A DNA stretch of 64,000 bases from Candidatus Woesearchaeota archaeon. Its GTDB lineage: Archaea > Nanobdellota > Nanobdellia > SCGC-AAA011-G17 > JAGVZF01. Location of the stretch: the NCBI GenBank assembly GCA_964549185.1, contig CAZJUI010000002.1, positions 28,409 through 92,408 on the forward strand, written 5' to 3'. Positions 1 to 9,427 of this stretch are shown here, piece by piece. The position numbers and the translations under genes are program-made. The notes below the pieces were generated by a model. That model did no database searches, was not told the DNA's origin, and was given only the letters and a program-made list of their open reading frames with translations. Position 1 is the stretch's first letter; every line of letters begins with the position of its first letter.

Positions 1-300
1 AGATCCTATTGCACCAAATACTTTGCCAATATTAAACCCACGTTTCACTTTATTCTCTAAACTATCTGGTTCAGCTCTTGCGGTATCAATATTTTCAATT
101 TTTTTAACAGGTTTTACTTGAATAGTATCATTATATCCAAAACCTCTAAGACTACTATTTAATTCTCTGAGCCTTTGACTTTGACTTTTGATATTTGGTA
201 ATATTTGTTCCTTAGCATAAGCCATAGTTGGCGAAGCTATAGCTAATGATAAAGCAGTCAATAGGGCACTTCTTGTTAATTTTCTATTACTATTTCCCAT
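1..300 (-). CDS. Secreted hypothetical protein. Only the N-terminal 100 aa lie in the window and the gene continues past the window start.
   Basis: ATG is the reverse complement of 298-300. The frame is open to position 1. The N-terminus reads MGNSNRKLTRSALLTALSLAIASPTMAYA, which looks like a signal peptide with an AxA cleavage site. Confidence 0.5.
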   Translation of the reverse strand, partial: MGNSNRKLTRSALLTALSLAIASPTMAYAKEQILPNIKSQSQRLRELNSSLRGFGYNDTIQVKPVKKIENIDTARAEPDSLENKVKRGFNIGKVFGAIGS

Positions 301-360
301 TTTACAACTACAATATAATTATTACAAAATATATTTTTAAGTGTCTATTTATAAACTTTT

Positions 361-1494
361 CTATTTATCTTTTCTTCCTTTATCTTCCCTGTGCTCAGAA
401 TTACTTTCATCTCTTTTTTCCTCTTTTTTTTCTCCTTTCTCTCCAGAAGCAGCGCTGTTATCACTTCTCTCTTGTTGCTTCTCTTCTTTTTTCTCCTGTC
501 CCTTGTTTACTGGAACATTTGAAGTAGGAACATATTCAACATCTCTTACATGTGATTTTTCTTTCTTTTCCTGCTCTTTATTTACATTATCGTTATTTTT
601 GTTATTTGATTTATTAGAATTATTTTCTTCATGTTTAATTTGATTGTCATCTGCATGCTTATTCTTATGCTCTTCATCTTTTCCATTATTCTCTTTATTA
701 CCATTTTGATTATTATTATCATCAGAAGTTTGATCTTTCCCATTATCTTTTTCTTCCTTATCATCTTTTTTGTCTTGTCCATTATTTTCTTCATTATCAT
801 TAGAACCTTGATCATCATCTTCATTCTCTTCATCATCACTTTCTCTTTCATCATCATCATCATGTTTCTCTTTTCTCTTTTCTTCCTTTACTTCTTTCTT
901 ATCTTCTTTTTCTTTATCATCATCTTCATGAACTGTTGGAGTTAAAACATTAAATGTATCAACTGCATTTAATTTCTTTCCATCAATATAAACATTAAAC
1001 ATGACTCTATAACTTCCAGGATGTAAATTTTCCGGAGTTTGCCACTCAACATGATAAGTTAATCCATCGCTTACTGATTCTTGATATCCATATCCATACC
1101 CGTAACCATATCCATATCCAGGATTATTATAACCATATCCATATCCTAAATTTGTTCCTAACATCCAAATTTGAATATCCTCATAGGTTTTAGGATTATT
1201 CAAACTTCCTTTATATCTTACACACTCATAACTTCCTTTATCATCAATTGAACAAACAAACTTATCAACATGATTTTGTTCTTTCCCATTTTTGTTTGCA
1301 AAATATTCTATTATTAATTCTGCTTTATCAACATGATCACTATTTACATCTATATCAAACTTTAATAATCCGCCCTTGTTAACATCACTAATATTATCAA
1401 TTGACAAAGAATATGCTTTGGCTGGTCCAGCCATTACCAAAACACCCACTACTATGAGTGAAATTATAACTCCGAAGATTTTTTGTTTTTGCAT
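361..1494 (-). CDS. Secreted GYGY-motif protein. It has a signal peptide, a Cys-pair beta domain with a (GY)n stretch, and a C-terminal tail of about 200 aa rich in D/E/K/N.
   Basis: ORF of 377 aa. The N-terminus is hydrophobic and ends in AKA. It is a paralog of 6570..7061 (DVNKG, GSYEC, GYGY, NVLTP motifs). The tail is extremely charged and low-complexity. Confidence 0.75.
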   Translation of the reverse strand: MQKQKIFGVIISLIVVGVLVMAGPAKAYSLSIDNISDVNKGGLLKFDIDVNSDHVDKAELIIEYFANKNGKEQNHVDKFVCSIDDKGSYECVRYKGSLNNPKTYEDIQIWMLGTNLGYGYGYNNPGYGYGYGYGYGYQESVSDGLTYHVEWQTPENLHPGSYRVMFNVYIDGKKLNAVDTFNVLTPTVHEDDDKEKEDKKEVKEEKRKEKHDDDDERESDDEENEDDDQGSNDNEENNGQDKKDDKEEKDNGKDQTSDDNNNQNGNKENNGKDEEHKNKHADDNQIKHEENNSNKSNNKNNDNVNKEQEKKEKSHVRDVEYVPTSNVPVNKGQEKKEEKQQERSDNSAASGEKGEKKEEKRDESNSEHREDKGRKDK

Positions 1495-1662
1495 ATCGTG
1501 ATAGAGATAAAGAAAAATATATAAATGTTACCATTTTTAAATGGCTAAAATAGCAATATTTATAAATCGAAATAACAAAAGTTTTTTAAAAGTTATGTTT
1601 TGAAAAATTAAAATGGAATTGGAATATGAACTAAAATCATTAATGAAAATAAAAAAATAATT

Positions 1663-2115
1663 CTATCTTTTTATTTCTATATTAACACCAGCTAATTCCT
1701 CCAGATTGTGACTTTTATTATTAAAAGAAATCTTTGGAATTATTATATCATTATCAGTTAGATTTAGATTTTTAACATCATTCCTAAATACTGGAAAATC
1801 ATTTAATTGGATTATATCATCATACCATTCTTTTTTATTGCTGGAAATTATGTACATCCCGCTATCGTCCTTATGGCAAAGTAAAACAGGTTTTTCTTTA
1901 ATTGAATAAAGATACAATCCATTAAATTGATTGCATCCTAAGATAAAATCACAATTTTTTATAAGATTTTTATAATCAGCAACGTTTCCACTTAGAAAAA
2001 CATCCAGTCCATAATCTGTAAATGTAAGATATATATCACCGCAAAAATCTTTATCTATGTCATATTTTGTTTCTTCCTTAAAATTAACTCCAATTAATCT
2101 TATATTTGCTGTCAT
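1663..2115 (-). CDS. Hypothetical protein.
   Basis: ORF of 150 aa with no recognisable motif. Confidence 0.45.
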   Translation of the reverse strand: MTANIRLIGVNFKEETKYDIDKDFCGDIYLTFTDYGLDVFLSGNVADYKNLIKNCDFILGCNQFNGLYLYSIKEKPVLLCHKDDSGMYIISSNKKEWYDDIIQLNDFPVFRNDVKNLNLTDNDIIIPKISFNNKSHNLEELAGVNIEIKR

Positions 2116-2139
2116 AAAATAACATTCCCCAAATAATAT

Positions 2140-2649
2140 TTAAATTTTATCATCTAAACTTCCTTTGTGTCTATTGATTAATCTTCTTTTAGCATTATTT
2201 ACTTGATATCTTCCAATTTCATAAATGCCGGAAATAACATTGGTAGCTACAGGTAATAATAAAAATTCTTCTTTGCCGTGTCTTGCCAATTGATAATAAC
2301 CAAAAACTTGCATTCCAACTCCGCAAACGCCTGCAAGGATAGAAGACACCGTAATAACATGATCTGTTTTTGTATATATTCTATTTTTTTCTTCCTCTGA
2401 AACTGGCTCTTTAAAATATCTGATTGCACTAGCGATGCTATAAGGAAAAATATTTATTAAAGCCATAATTGCAACAGCTTCCTCCAAAATAGAATTTTTA
2501 AATTTCAAATTTTTAACAGAATCTACAAAATTATTTCCAATCTCTTTAGCAATCTCGCTTTTTGTAGGAACATAATTCTCTGGGTCTACATATTTCTTAA
2601 TTTTCTTTTTATCCACACTTAATTTTCTTAAATCATCATCTATTGGCAT
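2140..2649 (-). CDS. Hypothetical protein. It is a tandem paralog of 2654..3310.
   Basis: ORF of 169 aa. It shares motifs with the neighbouring ORF (IFPYSIA/IIPYAIA, LLPVATNVISGIYE/LIPGITNSVSGVYE). Confidence 0.5.
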   Translation of the reverse strand: MPIDDDLRKLSVDKKKIKKYVDPENYVPTKSEIAKEIGNNFVDSVKNLKFKNSILEEAVAIMALINIFPYSIASAIRYFKEPVSEEEKNRIYTKTDHVITVSSILAGVCGVGMQVFGYYQLARHGKEEFLLLPVATNVISGIYEIGRYQVNNAKRRLINRHKGSLDDKI

Positions 2650-2653
2650 TTTA

Positions 2654-3310
2654 TTAATCTATTTTATTTTCCAAATCTTTTTTATGTTTTTCAATTAGTT
2701 TATTTTTAGCTGCTCTTCTAAGCTCATAAACCCCGGATACAGAATTTGTAATTCCAGGAATTAAAAAAACTTCAGGATGTTTAAATTGAAGTGTCATAAC
2801 AAGATAAGCTATGCCTTGTGTAACTCCTCCTATTAATCCACCAAATAATTGTCCATAAGACTTTGGGTCAAGTAATTTTTTTTCTTTAGTATAAGGAAAT
2901 ACCCGACCTTTTTCTTCATGTATTCTAACATTTGTAGCAATTGCATATGGGATAATATTTGCATAAATTGCCGCACTTAAAAACTGTACAAATCCATACT
3001 CCATATATTTCTTATCATTAACAAAATCTTTTAAACAACTTCCCATCTCTTTAACAATATCTTTATTAGATGGAGCATATTCTTTTTTGACATTATCATC
3101 AATATATTTTTCAATCCTTTTTCTTTTTTCTACAGGCAAATCTTCTAAAACATCATCTATAGTTCTATTACCTTGTTTCTTTTTTCCAAACGCCATATTT
3201 TCATTATGATTAAAAAGATTTATAAAACTATCTATAATAACGACTAACCAGTAAGTAAGATAAATAACATAAATAAAACTTATAAAAATCTTTAAATATA
3301 TCTTTATCAT
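2654..3310 (-). CDS. Hypothetical membrane-associated protein. It is a tandem paralog of 2140..2649.
   Basis: ORF of 218 aa with an N-terminal TM segment. The C-terminal 140 aa are homologous to the neighbouring ORF. Confidence 0.5.
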   Translation of the reverse strand: MIKIYLKIFISFIYVIYLTYWLVVIIDSFINLFNHNENMAFGKKKQGNRTIDDVLEDLPVEKRKRIEKYIDDNVKKEYAPSNKDIVKEMGSCLKDFVNDKKYMEYGFVQFLSAAIYANIIPYAIATNVRIHEEKGRVFPYTKEKKLLDPKSYGQLFGGLIGGVTQGIAYLVMTLQFKHPEVFLIPGITNSVSGVYELRRAAKNKLIEKHKKDLENKID

Positions 3311-3393
3311 TCATTTTATCCTAATAATGATTAAAACAAGAAGAAACTTACCTTTAACAGAAACAATATTTTGTATTTCTGATATATTAAAAA

Positions 3394-4149
3394 ATGAAAA
3401 CTCACTTAATCTATGATGAAAGAGTACTAATGGGGGGAGCATTAGACACTGCAATTAGTGAAACAGCAATATATATCTATAACAAAGAAAAATTACAACA
3501 TTCAGAATTTTTTGGCGTTCCATCATCCAATAGGCAAGAATCTCTAAAAGCGATATACCAAGAATATTTGTTTCCAGGAATATTTGAATCATCATTATCC
3601 CCCAAAGGAGAAAGTTTTAAGACAATAAAATCTAAACTTGAAGAAGATCACTTAAAATTTTTTACATCTTCCTTATCAAAAAATTACCCTTCAGACTCAA
3701 GGCCACATATTCACAATATGATAAACAAAAACCGTGATGTTACATTGTTAACAATTCTTCCTTTTTATTTATTTTTAATAGCATATAATATTAATAAAAA
3801 TCCATTCATTGAATTTATACAAACAAACAAATTAACAATTTTAACTCCGGCAGAATATGCAAAAAAAGATCCACAGTTAAAGTATATTATTAATTCATTG
3901 GTAAATTATGTAAAAGAGGAGATTAATAAACGCGAAAGAACAATTTTTACAGGACCAAGTCTGGAAAACATTAAAGAAATAAGCAAATCTTTGGGAAAAA
4001 ATATAGATAAAAAAAGGATAGTTTTATGTAGTCCAACACGTCCCGGAGAAGAATTTCCACCATATTATTATGTTCCAAATATTTCTAAATTGGAAGATGT
4101 TGTGGAAGCTTTAGAAGCAGACAATGTTATAGATATCTTAGGAAAATGA
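3394..4149 (+). CDS. Hypothetical protein, member 1 of a tandem three-gene paralog set.
   Basis: ORF of 251 aa with N-terminus MKTHLIYDE. It shares the LTILPFYLF and LTILTP motifs with the next two ORFs. Its stop overlaps the next start (ATGA). Confidence 0.55.
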   Translation: MKTHLIYDERVLMGGALDTAISETAIYIYNKEKLQHSEFFGVPSSNRQESLKAIYQEYLFPGIFESSLSPKGESFKTIKSKLEEDHLKFFTSSLSKNYPSDSRPHIHNMINKNRDVTLLTILPFYLFLIAYNINKNPFIEFIQTNKLTILTPAEYAKKDPQLKYIINSLVNYVKEEINKRERTIFTGPSLENIKEISKSLGKNIDKKRIVLCSPTRPGEEFPPYYYVPNISKLEDVVEALEADNVIDILGK

Positions 4150-4904
4150 CAAAAATAATCTATGATGATAAAGTGCTTGTAAAAGGAGCTGTAACAAACT
4201 CTTTGGATAGTTTGACTAATGAACTCTCTAATGATCCTGTAATAAGCTCTAAAGTTTACGATATGTTAACCAATAAAGAATCAAAACAGGAAGATTCTGT
4301 TAAGAAAATAATTGCTGACGAAATGCATGAATTATATATTAAAGCTTCATTATCTCCATTAGAAGAATCCTATAAATTGTTTAAAGATAAGTTAGGCGAA
4401 CTTACAACAAAACACCTATTTTACATTCTAGCTCAAAATTACCCAAAATCTTCTGTTGAACATATTAATAATATCCTTAAAAATGATAAAAATATTGTTT
4501 TGTTGACAAGAATGCCATTACTTTTTTTTAATGCTATTCACACGATGGATGAAAATCAGGAATTTAAAACAGCAATTGAAAAAGAAAGATTAAAAGTCCT
4601 TACACCTTACAATTTCTATCGCAAACATTTCCTAGTTGATGAAAAAAATGCAATAACTCGAGGTTCCATAGATTCAGCATTACTCTTACAGGCATCAAAA
4701 GAATTTCAAGAAGAAAAAAACAATACATTGTACGTTAGTAGTCATCTGAGAGATGTATTATTAATGAGGGAAAATATTACAGAAGATTTAAAAAATACCA
4801 AGATAGTAAAGCATGTTGGAAGTCAACACCCTCCAAAATGTAAATTATTGGATGGATGTTTCCTAGATTTGCTTGAGCTTGAATCATATTTGAAAACAGC
4901 ATGA
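4146..4904 (+). CDS. Hypothetical protein, member 2 of the tandem paralog set.
   Basis: ORF of 252 aa. The start and stop overlap on both sides, which suggests translational coupling. Confidence 0.55.
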   Translation: MTKIIYDDKVLVKGAVTNSLDSLTNELSNDPVISSKVYDMLTNKESKQEDSVKKIIADEMHELYIKASLSPLEESYKLFKDKLGELTTKHLFYILAQNYPKSSVEHINNILKNDKNIVLLTRMPLLFFNAIHTMDENQEFKTAIEKERLKVLTPYNFYRKHFLVDEKNAITRGSIDSALLLQASKEFQEEKNNTLYVSSHLRDVLLMRENITEDLKNTKIVKHVGSQHPPKCKLLDGCFLDLLELESYLKTA

Positions 4905-5698
4905 AAACACATTTAATCTACGATGAAGCTGCATTAACAAAAGGAGCAGTGAACAAAGCATTAGAAAGCACATCCACTTTAATATACTTGTTCGAAAGTT
5001 CTCAAGATTCAAGCTTATTCCATGGTGTTTCAAAAGAAAAAGCAGTAAAAGCAATCTATGTTCAAAGATTATTTCCGGCATTTATTAGAGCCTCTCTTTT
5101 GCCAGAAAAACAAGGCTATCAATCTTTATTATCTGAATTTAAACTTGAAGATGTAGAAGCTATCTCTAGTTTTCTAAAGCAATATTATCCAACAGATTCA
5201 AAAAAGCATATTCTTGATATGTTAAGCAATGACAGAAAGATAACAATAATCACAAGACTTCCCACTTATCTGTTCGCAGAGGTATACAACTTAAACGAAA
5301 AATCTGATTTTTATTTTGCTGTAAAGAATAATAGTCTTGTGATACTTACGCCTTATAATTATTTCCCAAGAAACAGGCTTGCAGTATCTTATACAATGGA
5401 AAATGAAATAATTCAGTATACAGTATCAGAAATATTAAATTCCAGGGCAAAATTAACATTCTTTGTAAATCCATTAATAGATTATATTAAAAGTATCGGC
5501 CACAGCATAAAAGGAATTTCAGAAAACAAGACTACAGTGTTAATTAATGATGAACGTCCTGAAGATACAGAGTTCATAGATCATTACGTTCCGGATTTCG
5601 AGAGATTAGAAGATTTAGTGGAAGTTCAGGAAGTAGATAATCTTAAAGATGTCTTGAATTTTCCATATATAAAAGATAAACCCAATCAAAACCTTTAA
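4901..5698 (+). CDS. Hypothetical protein, member 3 of the tandem paralog set.
   Basis: ORF of 265 aa with N-terminus MKTHLIYDE, identical to member 1. It carries the ITRLPTYLF and LVILTPYNYF motifs. Confidence 0.55.
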   Translation: MKTHLIYDEAALTKGAVNKALESTSTLIYLFESSQDSSLFHGVSKEKAVKAIYVQRLFPAFIRASLLPEKQGYQSLLSEFKLEDVEAISSFLKQYYPTDSKKHILDMLSNDRKITIITRLPTYLFAEVYNLNEKSDFYFAVKNNSLVILTPYNYFPRNRLAVSYTMENEIIQYTVSEILNSRAKLTFFVNPLIDYIKSIGHSIKGISENKTTVLINDERPEDTEFIDHYVPDFERLEDLVEVQEVDNLKDVLNFPYIKDKPNQNL

Positions 5699-5722
5699 AA
5701 TCTTTTCTGATATTTTACAATT

Positions 5723-6556
5723 ATGAAAGAAATCATATTCGGTAATGGTTATCTTGCATCTAGACTAAAAGAGGAATTAAAATATGAAACAGTCTCAAGA
5801 TCTCAGGTAGATACTACGGATTTGTCAAGAGTAAGAAGATTTTTAGATTTAGCAAAGCCTTCAGTTGTGATAAACGCCATCGGATTAACAGGCGGCCCTG
5901 GAGCCAAAGGAATTGACTACTGTGAATTGCATAAAGAACAGACAATAGCATCAAATATTACATCACCAATAAATATTGCAAGCGAATGTTCTTTACGAGA
6001 AATATATTTTGTACATTTTGGAAGCGGTTGTATTTATAATGGATATGAAAAGGCCTGGACAGAAATAGATACCCCAAACTTTTATGGTCCTCAGTTTTAT
6101 GCTAAGACAAAGATAGATGCTGAAAGACTTCTAAATCTTCTTCCACATCCTGGATTAATATTAAGGATAAGAATGCCCATTGATAATAGATCTCATCCAA
6201 GAAATTTAGTTGACAAGCTAAGAAACTATCAGAAAGTTATTGATGCTCAAAACTCAATGACAACAGTCCCGCACATGATAAAAGCCATAAATTATCTTGT
6301 TAATGAAAGAGTAGAAGGAACAGTTAATTTTACAAACCCCGGAACAATATCAGCAGCTGAAATAATGGGATTATATAACAAATTTATTATGTCACATTCA
6401 TTTGGTATAATGTCCTTAAAAGAACTTGATTCAGAAACTATCGGAAAAAGATCAAATTGTGTATTGGATACAACAAAACTAGAGAGTATACTTCCAAATG
6501 CAATAAAGCTTCCCGAAATTCATAAAGCTGTTGAAGAATGTTTAGCTAAATATTAA
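5723..6556 (+). CDS. NAD(P)-dependent sugar reductase or epimerase, similar to RmlD (dTDP-4-dehydrorhamnose reductase).
   Basis: ORF of 277 aa. It has an N-terminal Gly-rich Rossmann motif (IIFGNGYLASRL) and its length and layout resemble the RmlD substrate-binding fold. It lies next to a glycosylation locus. Confidence 0.45.
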   Translation: MKEIIFGNGYLASRLKEELKYETVSRSQVDTTDLSRVRRFLDLAKPSVVINAIGLTGGPGAKGIDYCELHKEQTIASNITSPINIASECSLREIYFVHFGSGCIYNGYEKAWTEIDTPNFYGPQFYAKTKIDAERLLNLLPHPGLILRIRMPIDNRSHPRNLVDKLRNYQKVIDAQNSMTTVPHMIKAINYLVNERVEGTVNFTNPGTISAAEIMGLYNKFIMSHSFGIMSLKELDSETIGKRSNCVLDTTKLESILPNAIKLPEIHKAVEECLAKY

Positions 6557-6569
6557 AAAAATAAAAAAT

Positions 6570-7061
6570 TTATTTAGGCTTTGCTGGTGTTAATACACTA
6601 AATGTATCACTTTCTGTTACTGGACTTCCATTAATCATCGCTGTTAATGTTGCTTTATAATTTCCAGGCTGTAAACTTGTTGGTGTATTCCATTCAATTC
6701 CATATAATGTACTTCCCGGATTATATCCATATCCAAAATCATTTACTAGATTTATTAAAATATCATTGTATGGTTTTGGATTGTTAAAACTTCCTTGGCT
6801 TCTTGTACATTCATAGCTTCCATCATTTGCTATCTCACATTTAATAATATCTAACTTAGCACCTAAATTTTCTATAGTTAAAGTTGCACTAGTTACTTGT
6901 CCTGTAAAGTTAACATCAAAGTCTACTGTTTGTCCTTTGTTGACATCTGCAATATTGCTTATGCTAGAAGTTACAGCTTTCGCTCCTCCAGCCAAGAATA
7001 AAGCACTTATAACTAACACAGAAAATATCGTTCCTATAATCTTTTCTTTCATTGCTATCAC
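6570..7061 (-). CDS. Secreted GYGY-motif protein. This is the short paralog of 361..1494.
   Basis: ORF of 163 aa with a signal peptide ending GGAKA. It carries the DVNKG, GSYECTR, FGYGYNPGS, WNTP and FSVLTP motifs. Confidence 0.7.
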   Translation of the reverse strand: MIAMKEKIIGTIFSVLVISALFLAGGAKAVTSSISNIADVNKGQTVDFDVNFTGQVTSATLTIENLGAKLDIIKCEIANDGSYECTRSQGSFNNPKPYNDILINLVNDFGYGYNPGSTLYGIEWNTPTSLQPGNYKATLTAMINGSPVTESDTFSVLTPAKPK

Positions 7062-7170
7062 CCCCGTTCATAAAGAACATATTTGTTCAAAATAACGATA
7101 TATAAGCTTTATGCATTACTGATTTCACTTTGCATTAAAATGACATGATTTTTAACTAAAAGTAAGTATT

Positions 7171-7203
7171 AATTTTGAACTAAAACTAATTCTTTTTTAC
7201 TTT
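7171..7203. repeat. Direct repeat, copy 1 of 33 bp. It duplicates the 3' end of the wHTH gene 8599..8922.
   Basis: aatTttgaactaaaactaattcttttttacttt is repeated at 8601..8633 with one mismatch. Confidence 0.8.
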
Positions 7204-7883
7204 AATGCTTTATCACTAGAAACAATTTTACAAATTTTTCCTACTTGCTCTATATCTACATCAAATTTCTTTTCTATGAATACACCTTTAAAAGAATCAA
7301 TAAAATTTTTATCGTTTATAGTATGATCTAACCTCTTAAGATTTTCCTTTATTTTATCTAAATATCCAATAAATAAAAACCTCTTTATTAATCCTAAATC
7401 CGTATCTTTTGCTAATGCTGCTATATCTCTGAAATCTGTCAATCTTCCAGAATGAATTTTCATAACTATCAATAATTCTTTTATCGGTATTTTACCTGAA
7501 ACCTCTTTTTCAACTCCTATGATTTTCCTTTTGATTGAATTATCAGCAAGTAATCTATAACTAAATGAGGCATTTGTTGTTCTCGAGGCTAAGGCATCTA
7601 TTAATATATCAATACTTGCATTATCTTTTTCATATCTCATAAATCTTGAAGAATAAATATTTTTTAGTTCTTTTGAAATAACTTTCTTAAATTTTTCTTT
7701 TGTTAATATTTGTTCAAATTTATTTAAATCTGCACTTTCAATAACAATATCTGCATCGACAGAAAACCTATGCTTGAATGAAGAAACTGCATATCCACCG
7801 ACAATTATAAAATCTAACTTTTTTTCTATAAATTTTTGTAAAATATAAAATATCTCATTTTCTTTCTTTATCAGTTCTTCCAT
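7197..7883 (-). CDS. AbiEii/AbiGii-like nucleotidyltransferase (DUF1814-like toxin).
   Basis: ORF of 228 aa. It has the NTase-fold motif IIVGGYAVSSFKHRFSVDADIV, which matches the GG-T/Y-A...RFSxDxD pattern. It sits directly downstream of a wHTH gene in the same orientation. Confidence 0.55.
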   Translation of the reverse strand: MEELIKKENEIFYILQKFIEKKLDFIIVGGYAVSSFKHRFSVDADIVIESADLNKFEQILTKEKFKKVISKELKNIYSSRFMRYEKDNASIDILIDALASRTTNASFSYRLLADNSIKRKIIGVEKEVSGKIPIKELLIVMKIHSGRLTDFRDIAALAKDTDLGLIKRFLFIGYLDKIKENLKRLDHTINDKNFIDSFKGVFIEKKFDVDIEQVGKICKIVSSDKALK

Positions 7884-7890
7884 TTTATCA

Positions 7891-8529
7891 CTATAAAAAG
7901 TTAGTTTCTCTATATTTTATATTTAAGTTTTTATTATACATTTCATTAATCATTTCTAAAGCTGGTTCAAAATTATATATATTTTTTTGCATAAATCTTA
8001 TTGTTTCATCCAATGGTTCAACCAAAAAATTACCTTTTTTAACATATTTAAATCTTTCTAAAATCTCTGGAGCAAAGAAAACTTTTTTTTTCGAGTTAAC
8101 TTTTAAATCTAATTTTTTACAATATTCTAAAAAGATATCATAATCCGATTTCTTAATTTTAATAAATATTGGATAATATTCTTTGTATCTGGCTACATTA
8201 TATCTTCCTTCAGTCCAGACATAGACTGCATCTGTTTTTGTAAAACAATATTCTATTCCAAATAAACTTAAAATAGAATAATAATGACTAATATCATTAA
8301 AATTATTTTGTATAAACTTTAATATTATTTTGTATGTTGAATTTTCTTTTTGTAAGGTGACTCCGCGCCATCTTTCCTTAAAAATGCCTTCTTTTATTAA
8401 TTCTTCGATCCATTTATGTGTCCAGCCATATGACAATCCAATTCTTTTGGAAATAGAGCTCACGCTATCTTGGTCTCTTGCAGATATCAATATTTTCATT
8501 ACATATGGATTTATCAAGTCAAATTTCAT
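7891..8529 (-). CDS. AbiEi-like antitoxin or transcriptional regulator with an N-terminal wHTH.
   Basis: ORF of 212 aa with an N-terminal HTH (ISKRIGLSYGWTHKWIEELIKEGIF). It is 8 nt upstream of the NTase gene. Confidence 0.45.
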   Translation of the reverse strand: MKFDLINPYVMKILISARDQDSVSSISKRIGLSYGWTHKWIEELIKEGIFKERWRGVTLQKENSTYKIILKFIQNNFNDISHYYSILSLFGIEYCFTKTDAVYVWTEGRYNVARYKEYYPIFIKIKKSDYDIFLEYCKKLDLKVNSKKKVFFAPEILERFKYVKKGNFLVEPLDETIRFMQKNIYNFEPALEMINEMYNKNLNIKYRETNFL

Positions 8530-8598
8530 ACTATCACTATAATGATACTATATAAAAACCTTTCTATTATCTTATTTTATATAAAATACTTTAAATTA

Positions 8599-8922
8599 TC
8601 AATGTTGAACTAAAACTAATTCTTTTTTACTTTGTTTCTCAATTTCTGAATCAACAACACTCCAATAATAATTAATAAATTTTTCAACTTGCGGATTTTC
8701 CCTGTTTAATTTATACATCTTTGCTTTTCCAACATCTCTCGTATGATTAACTATCTTTCTCTTAACAAAATCTTTCCATATTTCTTTTAAACTAGTATAA
8801 CTTATTTCTGAAAACTTAGCAATATCTCTCATAGAATAATCAAATTCAGAATGAACTATCAAAAAGTTCCAGATCCTGTTTCTTACAGTATTTCCTTCTA
8901 GTTTTAAAAACAATTTTTTCAT
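8599..8922 (-). CDS. Winged-helix transcriptional regulator.
   Basis: ORF of 107 aa with an HTH-like core (MRDIAKFSEISYTSLKEIWKDF). Its last 10 codons lie inside repeat copy 2. Confidence 0.45.
   Translation of the reverse strand: MKKLFLKLEGNTVRNRIWNFLIVHSEFDYSMRDIAKFSEISYTSLKEIWKDFVKRKIVNHTRDVGKAKMYKLNRENPQVEKFINYYWSVVDSEIEKQSKKELVLVQH
8601..8633. repeat. Direct repeat, copy 2 of 33 bp.
   Basis: It matches 7171..7203 and encodes ...KKELVLVQH plus the stop of 8599..8922. Confidence 0.8.
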
Positions 8923-9031
8923 TTTCTAAGTTTTTTCTTAGATTCTTATTAGAAATTAATTGACCCTTTTTTTTCATTAATATAACTTTCTTCAAGTAAT
9001 TTTTTCTCTTGAAATGTTAAGATATTATATT

Positions 9032-9427
9032 TCATATTTTTATTCCAAGTTTAATTTCGTCATATCTTAATATAGGTTTTGCAAGTTTTCTACTTGTTTT
9101 TTCTTTTATGATCTCTATTAATCCTACATCTTTTAATATTTTTATATCAGTGGTAATGCTTTTTCTATCTCTTTTTGCTATTCTTGAAAGCTCATAAATT
9201 GATTTTGGTTTATTTAATTTTATTAAATGTAAAAGTTCTAATCTCTTTTTAGTTAAAGTTTTTTTGAACAATTCTAGATTATCAAAAGATACACTAGTCT
9301 CACTCTTCGGAAATATGCCTTTATCTAAATCTTTAAATACTTTCTCAGTCCTATCCCAAAATGCATTTGAGGGTTCTATTCTTACATTAATTTCCTTTGT
9401 TTTTATTACCATTTTCCATTTCTCCAA
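9032..9427 (-). CDS. HTH transcriptional regulator. It is the putative antitoxin-like partner of 9387..9716.
   Basis: ORF of 131 aa with a C-terminal wHTH (KPKSIYELSRIAKRDRKSITTDIKILKDVGLIEI). It overlaps the upstream small ORF by 41 nt. Confidence 0.45.
   Translation of the reverse strand: MEKWKMVIKTKEINVRIEPSNAFWDRTEKVFKDLDKGIFPKSETSVSFDNLELFKKTLTKKRLELLHLIKLNKPKSIYELSRIAKRDRKSITTDIKILKDVGLIEIIKEKTSRKLAKPILRYDEIKLGIKI

Noticed and set aside
246-945. Four plus-strand ORFs (246..527, 341..643, 582..863, 631..945) with Phe/Ile/Met-rich low-complexity translations.
   Set aside because: They are antisense or out-of-frame readings of the repetitive GA-rich region that encodes the D/E/K tail of 361..1494. 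None has a plausible start context and the composition is artefactual.
1080-1150. A tandem tatcca/tatccc hexamer array, and the similar G/C runs at 63240..63300, considered as CRISPR-like or regulatory repeats.
   Set aside because: They are in frame inside CDSs and encode (GY)n and poly-Gly linkers. No spacer-repeat periodicity is present, and no CRISPR array was found anywhere in the window.
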